NCBI GenBank assembly: GCA_963757655.1
Contig: CAVWSQ010000006.1
Span: 293,356 to 357,355 of the forward strand
Direction of reading: 5' to 3'
Source of the DNA: an uncultured Acidobacteriota bacterium
GTDB taxonomy: Bacteria > Acidobacteriota > Vicinamibacteria > Vicinamibacterales > CAVVIG01
Length of the DNA: 64,000 bases
A program made the translations under genes and the position numbers. Under the pieces are notes generated by a model that searched no databases, was not told the DNA's origin, and worked only from the letters and a program-made list of their open reading frames with translations. Shown piece by piece: positions 9,924-19,117 of the stretch (its first letter is position 1; every line of letters starts with the position of its first letter).

Positions 9924-11369
9924 GTGAAAAAGCAGGTGTTGTCCGGAATTGCCATCGCGGCTTGCGCGTCGATTGCAGTTTTCGCCCAGCAGGCGCCCGA
10001 TCGCTCGCACCCGCCGCAGCCGGGACCACCCGCGCCGCTGCGCCTGCCGACGATTCAGAAGCAGAAGCTCTCCAACGGCCTCCCCGTCTGGATCGTGGAG
10101 CTCCACGAAGTGCCGGTCGCCCAAGTCAACCTGGTCGTGCTCAGCGGCACGGCCAACGACCCGCCCGGCAAGTACGGCGTCGCGAGCCTCGCCTCGGCCA
10201 TGCTCGAAGAAGGGGCCGGCGCGCGAACCGCGCTCGAAGTCGCCGACGCGGTCGACTATCTCGGTGCCGATCTCGGCGCCGGGTCGACGTCGGATCTGTC
10301 AACCGTGCGGCTGCATGTGCCCGTCGCCCGCCTGGCCGACGCTCTGTCGATCATGGCCGACGTCGCAATCCGGCCGACGTTCCCAAACGACGAGCTCGAT
10401 CGGCAGCGCCAGCAGAGGCTGACCAGCCTGCTGCAAGGTCGCGACGACCCGCCGACGATTTCTTCCGTCGCCTTCTCACGAATCCTCTACGGAAAAGGCC
10501 ATCGCTACGGCACGCCGCAGATGGGCACGGCAGAAACCATCAAGACGCTGACCTCCGATGACTTACGCGGCTTCTACGCGAGCGCGTTCCGCCCGGAGAA
10601 TGCGGTACTGCTCGCGGTCGGCGACATCACACCGGACAAGGCGATGCCGCTGTTCGAGAAGAATTTTGGGGCGTGGAACGCATCGGGCGCCGCGGCGGCG
10701 GAGAAACTGCCGGCGACCGGAGAGCCGCCGGCGCGCCAGGTGTTTCTCATCGACAAGCCGGGCGCGGCGCAATCGCAGATCCGGATCGGTCGCATCGGCG
10801 TGCCTCGGTCGACGGCAGACTTCTTTCCGATTCAGGTCTTGAACACGGTGCTGGGCGGATCGTTCTCGTCGCGCCTGAACAACAACCTGCGCGAGGTTCA
10901 CGGCTACACCTATGGTGCCGGCTCGGTCTTCGACATGCGCGGCAGCGCCGGCCCCTTCTATGCTACCGCCGGCGTCCAGACCGACAAGACGGCCGACGCG
11001 CTCAAGGAATTCTTCGTCGAGCTCAACGCGATTCTCAAGCCGGTACCGGCCGACGAGCTCGGGCGCGCCAAGAACTACGTGGCCCTGCGGTTCCCAAGCG
11101 CGTTCGAAACCACCGGAGACATCTCGCGGCGGCTGGAAGACCTGCTCGCCTATAAGCTGCCCGATGACTATTTCGCCAGGTACGTCCAGAACATCCAGGC
11201 GGTCTCCGCCACTGACGTGCAACGTGTCGCCCAGAAGTACATCACGCCGGACCACCTCACCGTGGTCGTCGTCGGCGACCTGAAGGTGATCGAGCCGGGC
11301 ATCCGCGCGCTCAACCTCGGCCCGATCAAGGTGATGACAATCGACGAGGTGTTCGGGCCGAAGCCGTAG
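9924..11369 (+). CDS. M16 peptidase partner subunit (no HxxEH), secreted
   Basis: LSNGL start, LGGSFSSRLNNNLRE.HGYTYG; lacks the zinc motif; tandem with the catalytic subunit. Confidence 0.9.
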   Translation: MKKQVLSGIAIAACASIAVFAQQAPDRSHPPQPGPPAPLRLPTIQKQKLSNGLPVWIVELHEVPVAQVNLVVLSGTANDPPGKYGVASLASAMLEEGAGARTALEVADAVDYLGADLGAGSTSDLSTVRLHVPVARLADALSIMADVAIRPTFPNDELDRQRQQRLTSLLQGRDDPPTISSVAFSRILYGKGHRYGTPQMGTAETIKTLTSDDLRGFYASAFRPENAVLLAVGDITPDKAMPLFEKNFGAWNASGAAAAEKLPATGEPPARQVFLIDKPGAAQSQIRIGRIGVPRSTADFFPIQVLNTVLGGSFSSRLNNNLREVHGYTYGAGSVFDMRGSAGPFYATAGVQTDKTADALKEFFVELNAILKPVPADELGRAKNYVALRFPSAFETTGDISRRLEDLLAYKLPDDYFARYVQNIQAVSATDVQRVAQKYITPDHLTVVVVGDLKVIEPGIRALNLGPIKVMTIDEVFGPKP

Positions 11370-11382
11370 GGAGCCGAGGACT

Positions 11383-11598
11383 CTACGCGCCGGTCTTGGC
11401 TCCGACCATCACCAGCGCGATACCGCCGATCAGCGCGCCCACGCCGGCGATCGGAGCGATCGGCAGGCTATGCTGCTTGTCGGCGTCCACCTTCACCGGT
11501 CCGAGATCGACCACCCGGTCCCGCGTGGTGTAACTGAACCCGCCAAACGCCAGCGCCAGGATTCCGACGACGATCAGGCAAATGCCGATGAGCTTCAT
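11383..11598 (-). CDS. Small membrane protein, DUF3185-like
   Basis: MKLIGICLIVVGILALAFGGFSYT...VVDLGP...; GGAGG SD ahead of the ATG at 11598. Confidence 0.75.
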   Translation of the reverse strand: MKLIGICLIVVGILALAFGGFSYTTRDRVVDLGPVKVDADKQHSLPIAPIAGVGALIGGIALVMVGAKTGA

Positions 11599-11904
11599 TG
11601 AGCCCTCCACAGTGGGCTCATGCACGAGCGAGGCCGATCTCCCCGATCGTGACGCGTCCAGGATTTGAACGATTTTCAAGGCGTCTGGGGTACCGCGACC
11701 GCTGTGGCCGGTCGAATGGAAGGCCGCCGGCATCCTTCAGGGTATCGCCCTTGCTCTTCCGATGACGCCCACGCATGAACCTGGTCGCCGCCAGTTGCTT
11801 TGGAATCGGTGAGGCGGCCCGACCACGGCGTTGGACGACTTTCGACCAGGTTGATCGAAGTCGAGCGCCGCAAACATCGGGCGTGCGATACTCGCGTCGC
11901 CGCT

Positions 11905-12621
11905 GTGCCGCCGCAGGACGTTGACGTCTGGTTTCGCGCCACCGACGCCCTCGATAAGGAGGCGATCACGGCAGCGGTTTCGCTACTGTCGGAGGAGGAG
12001 CGCGCGCAGTACGCGCGCTTTCATTTTGCGCGCGACGCGCGCGACTACGCCGCCGCGCACGCGCTGCTGCGCACGGTGCTCTCACGCGACGGCGATCGCG
12101 GCCCCGGCGACTGGCGTTTCGACAAGACGCCCCACGGCAAGCCGTACCTGATCGATCCCGGCGAGTTCCGCGGCTCGTTCAGCCTGTCGCATACGCACGG
12201 AATGGTCGCCTGCGCGGTGACGGAGGAAGGAGACATCGGCGTGGACGTCGAGCGCGTCGATCGCGAGCTGAACCTCGAGGACATTGCGGGGCGTTTCTTC
12301 GCGCCCGCTGAAGCCCGGCTGCTGGCACAGCTCGACCCCGACGCGCGGCGGAGCCGCTTCTTCGAGTTCTGGACCTTGAAAGAAGCGCTGGTCAAGGCGC
12401 TGGGAGTCGGCATCGCCACCTCGCTCGCGTCGTTTGCCTTCACCGTCGACGTCGACGGTGAAGGCGGCGTCGCCCTCGACGCGCCCGAAGCGATAGCAGC
12501 CCGCGACTGGCAATTCGGCCTGTTTACCCCGAGCCCCAGGCATCGCCTCGCCGTCGCCGTCCGCCGTCCGCCCTCGCGCCGAACCCGGCTCATCTTGCGA
12601 TCTCTCGCGTCCGAGCCCTGA
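11905..12621 (+). CDS. Sfp-type 4'-phosphopantetheinyl transferase (start uncertain)
   Basis: HGKPYL, FSLSHT, IGVDVE, FWTLKEALVKALGVG. Confidence 0.9.
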   Translation: MPPQDVDVWFRATDALDKEAITAAVSLLSEEERAQYARFHFARDARDYAAAHALLRTVLSRDGDRGPGDWRFDKTPHGKPYLIDPGEFRGSFSLSHTHGMVACAVTEEGDIGVDVERVDRELNLEDIAGRFFAPAEARLLAQLDPDARRSRFFEFWTLKEALVKALGVGIATSLASFAFTVDVDGEGGVALDAPEAIAARDWQFGLFTPSPRHRLAVAVRRPPSRRTRLILRSLASEP

Positions 12622-12655
12622 CGCGAGGGTTACAATCCGCGGTCAGGAGCCACTC

Positions 12656-15172
12656 ATGTCCAGCAGCCGCATCACCCGCGTCCTCTTGCATGCCCTCGCC
12701 CTTGCTGCCGTGATCGTTGGGCCGGTGGCGCTCGATCTCGGACCGAGGGTGTCCGGACAGGTGCCCGGCGCGTCCGACTCGCCCAGGTATGTCCTGCCGC
12801 CAAAGGCCATCGTCGATGCCTTCGACGCCGAGCCGTTGCCGCAGACGCTGCTCAGCCCCAACAAGCAGGTGGTGGCGCTCACCAAAGCGCGGACCTATCC
12901 GACGATCGCCGAGCTGTCGCAGCCGATGTACCGGCTCGCGGGCACCCGCGTGAACCCGAAGACCAACGGTCCGCACCGCGTCTCGGGCCTGCCCGGCACG
13001 GGTATCTACGCCATCGCGCTGAAGAGGATTTCCGACGGCGTCGAGACCGCGGTGAAAATGCCGCCGCAGGCGCGCATCTCGCACGTGAAATTCTCTCCCG
13101 ACGGCGCGCATCTCGCTTTTCTCCAGTCCAGGGATGATGCCATCGAGTTGTGGATCGCCGACGGCATGACCGGCGCCGCCAAGGCCGTCGTGGCCGGCGC
13201 CGACCGCATCAACGCCACGGCCGGCGACCCGTGCGACTGGCTGAAGGACAACGTCACGATGCTGTGCACGCTGGTCCCCGCCGGTCGCGGGCCGGCGCCA
13301 GTCGAGCCGCTGGTGCCCTCGGGACCGCACGTCGAAGAAAACTACGGCAAGGCGGCGCCGGCGCCGACTTACGAAGATCTCCTGAAGACCGCCCACGACG
13401 ATGCGTTGTTCGAGTACTACTTCGCGAGCCAGCTGACGGCGATCAACGTGACCACCGGCGCCAAGACGACGATCGGCAAGCCCGCCGTGTTCGCGACTGT
13501 CGCGCCCGCCCCGGGCGGCCAGCACGTCCTGGTGGCCAGAGTAAAGAAGCCGTTCTCGCACACGGTTCCGATGAACGGCTTCGCGCAGGATGTCGAAATC
13601 TGGACGCGCACGGGTGAGGTGGCCAGGAAGATCGCCGACCAGCCGTCGCGTGAAGGAACGCCCCTCACCGGGGTCGAGCCCGGGCCGCGCGCTTACCGCT
13701 GGCGCGCCGATCAGCCGGCCACAATCCTCTGGGTCGAGGCGCTCGACGGCGGCGACCTGAAGAACATGGTGCCGTTCCGGGACAAAGTGATGTCACTCAC
13801 GGCGCCGTTCTCCGGACAGCCGGTCGAGATCGCAAAGACGGAGTGGCGCTACGGCGGCATCAACTACACCGACGCCGGCGTCGCGCTGCTCGCGGAAAAC
13901 GACCGCGCCACCCGCCGCACGCGCAGCTGGATCCTGGAGCCGGGTGCCGCGCCGCGCAAGGTGTGGGAGCGCAAGCAGGACGCGGCCTATGACGATCCGG
14001 GATCCCCGGTCACGCGGCGCGCCACGACCGCGGGCGGTGGACGCGGGGCCCCCCCTGGCTCGATCATCCAGAACGGCGATTTCATCTACGTGGCCGGCGT
14101 CGGCGCCTCGAAGGAAGGCGATCGCCCGTTTCTCGACAAGCTGAATGTCAAGACGCTGAAAACGGAGCGGATCTTCCGCTCATCGGCTGAATCGCTCGAG
14201 TCGTTCGTGGCGCCGCTCAACGACGAGATGACGAAATTCCTGACGCGCTACGAAACGCAAAAGGAGACGCCGAACTACTATTGGCGCGACGCCGGCGCCG
14301 ACTCCAAGCACGCGGTCACGCAGTTCAAGGATCCACAGCCGCAGGTGCGCGACATCCTGCGCCAGTACGTCACCTACAAGCGCAACGACGGCGTCACGCT
14401 GTCTGGTACGCTCTACCTGCCGCCGGGCTACAAGCAGGGGACCCGGGTGCCGGTCGTCATGTGGGCGTACCCGCGCGAGTTCGGCGACGCCGACTCGGCC
14501 AGCCAGGTCTCGGGCTCGCCCAACCAGTTCACGACCATCCGCGGCGGCTCGCACATGTTCCTGCTGCTGTCCGGCTACGCCATCTTCGACAACCCGACGA
14601 TGCCGATCATCGGGCCGGGGGAAACCGCCAACGACACCTACGTCGAGCAGCTGGTGGCCAGCGCGCAGGCGGCGATCGACAAGGTGGTCGAGATGGGCGT
14701 CGCCGATCGCGACCGCATCGGCGTCGGCGGGCACAGCTACGGCGCCTTCATGACGGCCAATCTGCTGGCGCACTCGCGGCTGTTCCGCGCCGGCTTCGCC
14801 GAGAGCGGCGCCTACAACCGCTCGCTGACGCCGTTCGGCTTCCAGAGCGAGCGGCGTACCTTCTGGGAAGTGCCTGACCTCTACGCCAGGATGTCGCCGT
14901 TCTGGTACGCAAACCAGATCAAGGATCCGATCGAGCTGGTGCACGGCGAAGTGGACGACAACACCGGCACGTTCCCGATCAATTCCGAGCGTCTCTACCA
15001 GGCGCTCAAGGGGCACGGCGCGACGGTTCGCTACGTGACGCTGCCGAACGAGGCTCACGGCTACGCCGCGCGTGAGACGCTGCTGCACGTCATCGCCGAG
15101 CGACTGAACTGGTTCGACAAGTACGTGAAGAACGGCGGCGCGCGCGCGACGACCGACGCTCGGGCACGATGA
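12656..15172 (+). CDS. S9 prolyl-oligopeptidase-family peptidase (glutamyl endopeptidase-like), secreted
   Basis: WAYPREF, GGHSYGAFM, SGAYNRSLTPFGFQ, DDNTGTF, EAHGY. Confidence 0.9.
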   Translation: MSSSRITRVLLHALALAAVIVGPVALDLGPRVSGQVPGASDSPRYVLPPKAIVDAFDAEPLPQTLLSPNKQVVALTKARTYPTIAELSQPMYRLAGTRVNPKTNGPHRVSGLPGTGIYAIALKRISDGVETAVKMPPQARISHVKFSPDGAHLAFLQSRDDAIELWIADGMTGAAKAVVAGADRINATAGDPCDWLKDNVTMLCTLVPAGRGPAPVEPLVPSGPHVEENYGKAAPAPTYEDLLKTAHDDALFEYYFASQLTAINVTTGAKTTIGKPAVFATVAPAPGGQHVLVARVKKPFSHTVPMNGFAQDVEIWTRTGEVARKIADQPSREGTPLTGVEPGPRAYRWRADQPATILWVEALDGGDLKNMVPFRDKVMSLTAPFSGQPVEIAKTEWRYGGINYTDAGVALLAENDRATRRTRSWILEPGAAPRKVWERKQDAAYDDPGSPVTRRATTAGGGRGAPPGSIIQNGDFIYVAGVGASKEGDRPFLDKLNVKTLKTERIFRSSAESLESFVAPLNDEMTKFLTRYETQKETPNYYWRDAGADSKHAVTQFKDPQPQVRDILRQYVTYKRNDGVTLSGTLYLPPGYKQGTRVPVVMWAYPREFGDADSASQVSGSPNQFTTIRGGSHMFLLLSGYAIFDNPTMPIIGPGETANDTYVEQLVASAQAAIDKVVEMGVADRDRIGVGGHSYGAFMTANLLAHSRLFRAGFAESGAYNRSLTPFGFQSERRTFWEVPDLYARMSPFWYANQIKDPIELVHGEVDDNTGTFPINSERLYQALKGHGATVRYVTLPNEAHGYAARETLLHVIAERLNWFDKYVKNGGARATTDARAR

Positions 15173-15771
15173 TCTTCGGCATCGAGCTGCCCACCGCGAT
15201 CGACGTCTCGTCGGTCGTCGGCCTGACCGCGCTCGGCATGTTCACGGCGCAGATCCTGATGGGACTGCTGCTCTCGGTTGGCTACAACCCGATCCGGCAG
15301 TGGCCGCGTCAGCGCTGGATCAAACTGTTCACGTTGCACAACTGGCTGGGCTACATCGGCCTCGCTACGGCGCTGACCCATCCGCTCATCCTGCTCGCCT
15401 CGTCAGAGGCGGGCTTCCGGTTGTTCGACGTCGTCATGCCGATCTGGTCGCCGACGCAACCGATTCCCAGCACCCTGGGCGCAATCGCGCTCTACCTGAT
15501 TGCGTTCGTCGTGCTGACGTCCTACTTCCGCCGCGTCTTCGGACGGCATCGCTGGAAGCAGCTCCACTACACCGCCTACGCCGCCGCCGCGGTGTTCTAC
15601 GTGCACGGCGTGTGGGCGGACCCGCTGTTGAAGAATCGGCCGGTGGACTGGATCGACGCCGAGAAGGTGTACGTGGAAGGGTGCGCGCTGCTGGTGGTCG
15701 CGGCGACGATCTGGCGGTTCAACTACGGCAGGCGAACCGCGCGCTTCGGCCGCGGGCGTCTCGCGCCTTGA
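15169..15771 (+). CDS. Ferric-reductase-like transmembrane (heme b) protein
   Basis: TM helices with LHNWLG, THP, WKQLHY, VHG histidines; start overlaps the upstream stop. Confidence 0.75.
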   Translation: MIFGIELPTAIDVSSVVGLTALGMFTAQILMGLLLSVGYNPIRQWPRQRWIKLFTLHNWLGYIGLATALTHPLILLASSEAGFRLFDVVMPIWSPTQPIPSTLGAIALYLIAFVVLTSYFRRVFGRHRWKQLHYTAYAAAAVFYVHGVWADPLLKNRPVDWIDAEKVYVEGCALLVVAATIWRFNYGRRTARFGRGRLAP

Positions 15772-15883
15772 CCACGAAACGCGCGAACACTCGAAGATGC
15801 ACGAACAGCAGCAGTGGCCGAGCGTCTACAGCGAATTGAATGGTCTTCTTCGTGCGTCTTCGTGTCTTCGAGCCTTCGTCGTC
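15771..15883. repeat. Degenerate 9-nt-period inverted repeat (CACGAA-rich arm / TTCGTG-rich arm) between convergent genes
   Basis: ACCACGAAACGCGCGAACACTCGAAGATGCACGAA ... CTTCTTCGTGCGTCTTCGTGTCTTCGAGCCTTCGT. Confidence 0.7.
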
Positions 15884-15894
15884 AGGCACCGAGC

Positions 15895-18800
15895 CTAGAA
15901 GCTGAACCGCGCCTGCAGCTGGAACATCCTCGGCGGATCGATGTTCGCCAGCGATGGCAGGGCATTCGACGCCGTGCCCACGCTGACCAGCTGACCGAAG
16001 GTCGGATTCACCGTCGCGGTGTCGCCATACGTCGTCTGCGCACGGCCGAGCAGGTTGGCATGGTTGAGGAGGTTGAACCCTTCCAGCCGGAGCAGCACCG
16101 ACCGCGTGCTCAGCTTGATGCGACCCTCGACGAACAGCGACACATCCTGCGTTCCGGTCCCGCGAAACGCCGACTTGGAGATGACGGCGCCGTTGATGAT
16201 GGGCCGGTCGTTGTTCGAGCCGTCGCCGTTGTTGTCGACACCGGTGGTGGAGTTGAACGGACGGGCGGACGCAAGCTGCGTGACCGTCCCCGCGGTGATG
16301 TTGTACGGCAGCTGATAGCTGGCCGTGATCACGGCGCGGTGCCGCTGGTCGAGCACGCTCGGCCCGCGTTCGGTCTCGTCCAGCCGCGAGATGTTGCTCT
16401 CGTTCGGCCCGATGCCGTTGCCGTCGGGCTCGAAGGTGTTGGTCGCCTTCGACAGCGTGTAGCTGACGTTGGCGTAGAACTTCGAGTGGCCGCGAAAACT
16501 GACCTGGGTCTGCAGGCCGTCGTAGTCGGCAACGCCGAGGTTCATCAGCACGTTGACCGATCGGACACCGCCGTTGACCGGCAGGATCGGACGGGTGGCG
16601 TTGGCCGCCGCCACGCTCCTGACCTGACCCGGAGCCGTCCGGTCGAACACCGATGGCGCATTGAGATCGACGCTGCGATCGAGGTTCGTCCAGTGCTGGT
16701 GCACGTAGTCGGCTCCGGCGAACAAGCCTGTCAGGATCTCGCGCTCCGCGCCGATCGACACCACCTGGCTGCGCGGGCTCACCAGTTTGTCCGGGTAGTT
16801 CGGCAGCAGATCGAAGTTCAGCCCGAATTGCGCGAACTGGCTCCGGTAGAAGTCGGCCTGGCCCGCTCGGATCGTAATGTTGCGCGCCGGCAGCTGTGAC
16901 GCCGGCAGCGTCTTCGGATCGAACGCGAGCGGCAGGCACGAGCCCGTGAGACAGGTCGGAAAGCCAAGCTGTCCGGGCGTCGCGGTGTAGGTCGTGTATC
17001 CGTCCAGACCGCTGGTCAGGAAGTCGGCGGCCAGGTTGGATTGAATCTGCGTGTAGTACATGCCGTAGCCGCCGCGAATCGCCGTACGCGAGTCGCCGTT
17101 GGGATGCCAGCCGAAGCCGAGCCGCGGCGCGAAGTCCTTCTTCGCGTCGGTCAGGGTCTGCACGTCGTAGCGAAGGCCAAGGTCGAGCGTGAGATCGTTG
17201 TTCACGCGGAGGCTGTCCTGCGCGAACCCGGCGACCAGCCACTGATTGAGGTTGTAGTTGGTAATCCCGTAGCTGATCGGCTGGGTGTAGTTCTGCACGT
17301 CGGACAGCTCGAGTTGGTCGAACGGCGCCGTCGTCGTATTGAGGAACGTAAAGGTGCCGAGCACGGCGAAACCCGGTTCGTTGCCGAAGCCGCCAGATGA
17401 GTGGCGGGCGATGCTGCCGCCGAGGCGGATGGTCTGGTTGCCGCGCGCCCATGACAGCGTGTCTGACAACTGCGGCTGCCGGCTGAACGTGTCGGTGCGG
17501 CGCGACTGCCCAATCGTGAACGGCACCGATCCGCTGCGCGTGTAGGCCGTCGACAGCGTCTGCGCTTCCCAGCGCGTGACCGGATCGCCGTCCAGGTAGG
17601 CAAACCGCGCCTCATTGACGACATGCGAACTCACAATCGTGGTGAGGTTGGCCTGCGCGGTCACCGCGCCCCGCGTATAACGGCGCGCGACGTTTGGCGC
17701 GCTCGTGCCGCCAACCGCGTCGTTCGGATTGGTGTCGTAGAACCGATCGACGCTCGTGCGCACCATCAGCGTCTGGCTGGGCGAGAGCTTTTGGTCCACC
17801 CGCGCGTTGAACAGCCCCTGGCGGTAGTTGCCGACGTAGGCGAGATTGCCGTCGGCCGGCAGGAGAAACGCCGGCAGAGCACTCGAAAGGAACGACGTGC
17901 GATCCTGACGCGTGTAGTCTCCGGTGGCAAAGAAAAAGGTCTTGTCCTTGACGATGGCCGTGCCGACCGAACCGGAAACCTGATTCAGCACGTCGGGTAC
18001 GTCCGCCGGATTGATCGCGGTCAGGGTTGCCGGCGTCACGCAGGTCGACACCGACGGGGCGCAGAAACCGTCGGTGCCGAACGTCTTCGCCTGCCAGGCT
18101 CCGGGGCGGGCCATGTACAGCCCCTCGCCGTGCAGCTGATTGGTGCCCGACTTGGTGACGATGCTGACGGCCGGTCCGGCGGTGAAGCCGAACTCGGCGG
18201 AGAACGCGTTGGACAACGCGGTCATTTCCTGCACGGCGCCGAGCGGCACGGTGGCCAGCATCGTCTGGCGGCCCCAGCCTTCGTCGTTGTTCACGCCGTC
18301 GATGGTGAAGGTCGTGGTGCGTCGGCTGCCGGCGCCGGTCACGAAGTAGGTGGCGTTGACGAACAGGTCGCCGGTGCCCTTGGCCTGGCGAAACGCCGAG
18401 TTGAACAGCGGCAGCGTACTGATCTTGCGGCCGAGGATCGGCGTTTCATCGGCGGTCGCGCTGTCGAGCCGGCGTCCGATCTGCGGGTCGGCCCGGACTC
18501 CTGTCGCCGTGCCATACACGGTGACTTCGGACTTTTCCGATCCGACGAGCAGCTTGACCCTGAGCGTTGCCGTTTCGCCCGCGCGCAGCGTGACGTCGTT
18601 GCGCTCTTCGCTGCCGAAGCCCTGCTTCGACACGTCGACGGTATAGGTACCGGTGAGCGACAGCGCCGGCATCGTCGCGGCGCCATCGCTGCCTGACGTC
18701 GCCTCGCGCGACGCGCCGGTCTGGTTGTTGGTGACGGAGACCTTCGCGTCGGCGACGACCGCACCCGACTGGTCGGTGACGAGGACGAGAATCGTCGACG

Positions 18801-18954
18801 TGTTGGGTGACTGCGCCATTAGGGGCTGGACGGACAGGAAAGGCAGGGCAGGCAGGACAGTCAGAAGGAGCATCCAGCCACGCCACGTCATCCATCCGCG
18901 TCCGATCATGCCGTTCACGCCCATCCCGCGTCCGTTGCCTGTGTTCATGCTCAA
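15895..18954 (-). CDS. TonB-dependent receptor (Oar-like, with N-terminal carboxypeptidase regulatory-like domain)
   Basis: VTDQSGAVV, NAFSAEFG...TKSGTN, LTLDLGLRYD, FAPRLGF, C-terminal PRMFQLQARFSF; start TTG 18954 or ATG 18948. Confidence 0.93.
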   Translation of the reverse strand: MSMNTGNGRGMGVNGMIGRGWMTWRGWMLLLTVLPALPFLSVQPLMAQSPNTSTILVLVTDQSGAVVADAKVSVTNNQTGASREATSGSDGAATMPALSLTGTYTVDVSKQGFGSEERNDVTLRAGETATLRVKLLVGSEKSEVTVYGTATGVRADPQIGRRLDSATADETPILGRKISTLPLFNSAFRQAKGTGDLFVNATYFVTGAGSRRTTTFTIDGVNNDEGWGRQTMLATVPLGAVQEMTALSNAFSAEFGFTAGPAVSIVTKSGTNQLHGEGLYMARPGAWQAKTFGTDGFCAPSVSTCVTPATLTAINPADVPDVLNQVSGSVGTAIVKDKTFFFATGDYTRQDRTSFLSSALPAFLLPADGNLAYVGNYRQGLFNARVDQKLSPSQTLMVRTSVDRFYDTNPNDAVGGTSAPNVARRYTRGAVTAQANLTTIVSSHVVNEARFAYLDGDPVTRWEAQTLSTAYTRSGSVPFTIGQSRRTDTFSRQPQLSDTLSWARGNQTIRLGGSIARHSSGGFGNEPGFAVLGTFTFLNTTTAPFDQLELSDVQNYTQPISYGITNYNLNQWLVAGFAQDSLRVNNDLTLDLGLRYDVQTLTDAKKDFAPRLGFGWHPNGDSRTAIRGGYGMYYTQIQSNLAADFLTSGLDGYTTYTATPGQLGFPTCLTGSCLPLAFDPKTLPASQLPARNITIRAGQADFYRSQFAQFGLNFDLLPNYPDKLVSPRSQVVSIGAEREILTGLFAGADYVHQHWTNLDRSVDLNAPSVFDRTAPGQVRSVAAANATRPILPVNGGVRSVNVLMNLGVADYDGLQTQVSFRGHSKFYANVSYTLSKATNTFEPDGNGIGPNESNISRLDETERGPSVLDQRHRAVITASYQLPYNITAGTVTQLASARPFNSTTGVDNNGDGSNNDRPIINGAVISKSAFRGTGTQDVSLFVEGRIKLSTRSVLLRLEGFNLLNHANLLGRAQTTYGDTATVNPTFGQLVSVGTASNALPSLANIDPPRMFQLQARFSF

Positions 18955-18959
18955 TTCGG

Positions 18960-19112
18960 GCTCACCACATGGTCTTTGAAGTAGCTGGTTGAGCGCGTCA
19001 GTCGTCCATGGCGCTTGCTGAGATTCCGGGCCTGGAACAAGCTTTCGTTTCTAGCAGATGGACGCTTGTTACTACCAGCTGCCGTAGGCATCCCCAAAAC
19101 GCCAAGACCGCC
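18960..19112 (-). ncRNA. Candidate structured cis-regulatory leader RNA of the TonB receptor gene
   Basis: Nested complementary segments 18971-76/19104-09, 18983-89/19074-80, 19003-09/19058-64, 19016-19/19053-56, 19024-27/19034-37; no riboswitch consensus recognised. Confidence 0.45.
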
Positions 19113-19117
19113 GGGAA

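Noticed and set aside
11741-11755. Sigma54-like GG-N10-GC element upstream of the PPTase
   Set aside because: Weak match (GGTAT instead of GGCAC) with no supporting activator context.
19015-19040. SRP RNA-like CAGG..GGAA..AGCA motif on the minus strand
   Set aside because: Bases flanking GGAA (CCC/UCU) cannot form the SRP helix-8 stem; a TPP-like CTGAGA is on the wrong strand and lacks the rest of the consensus.
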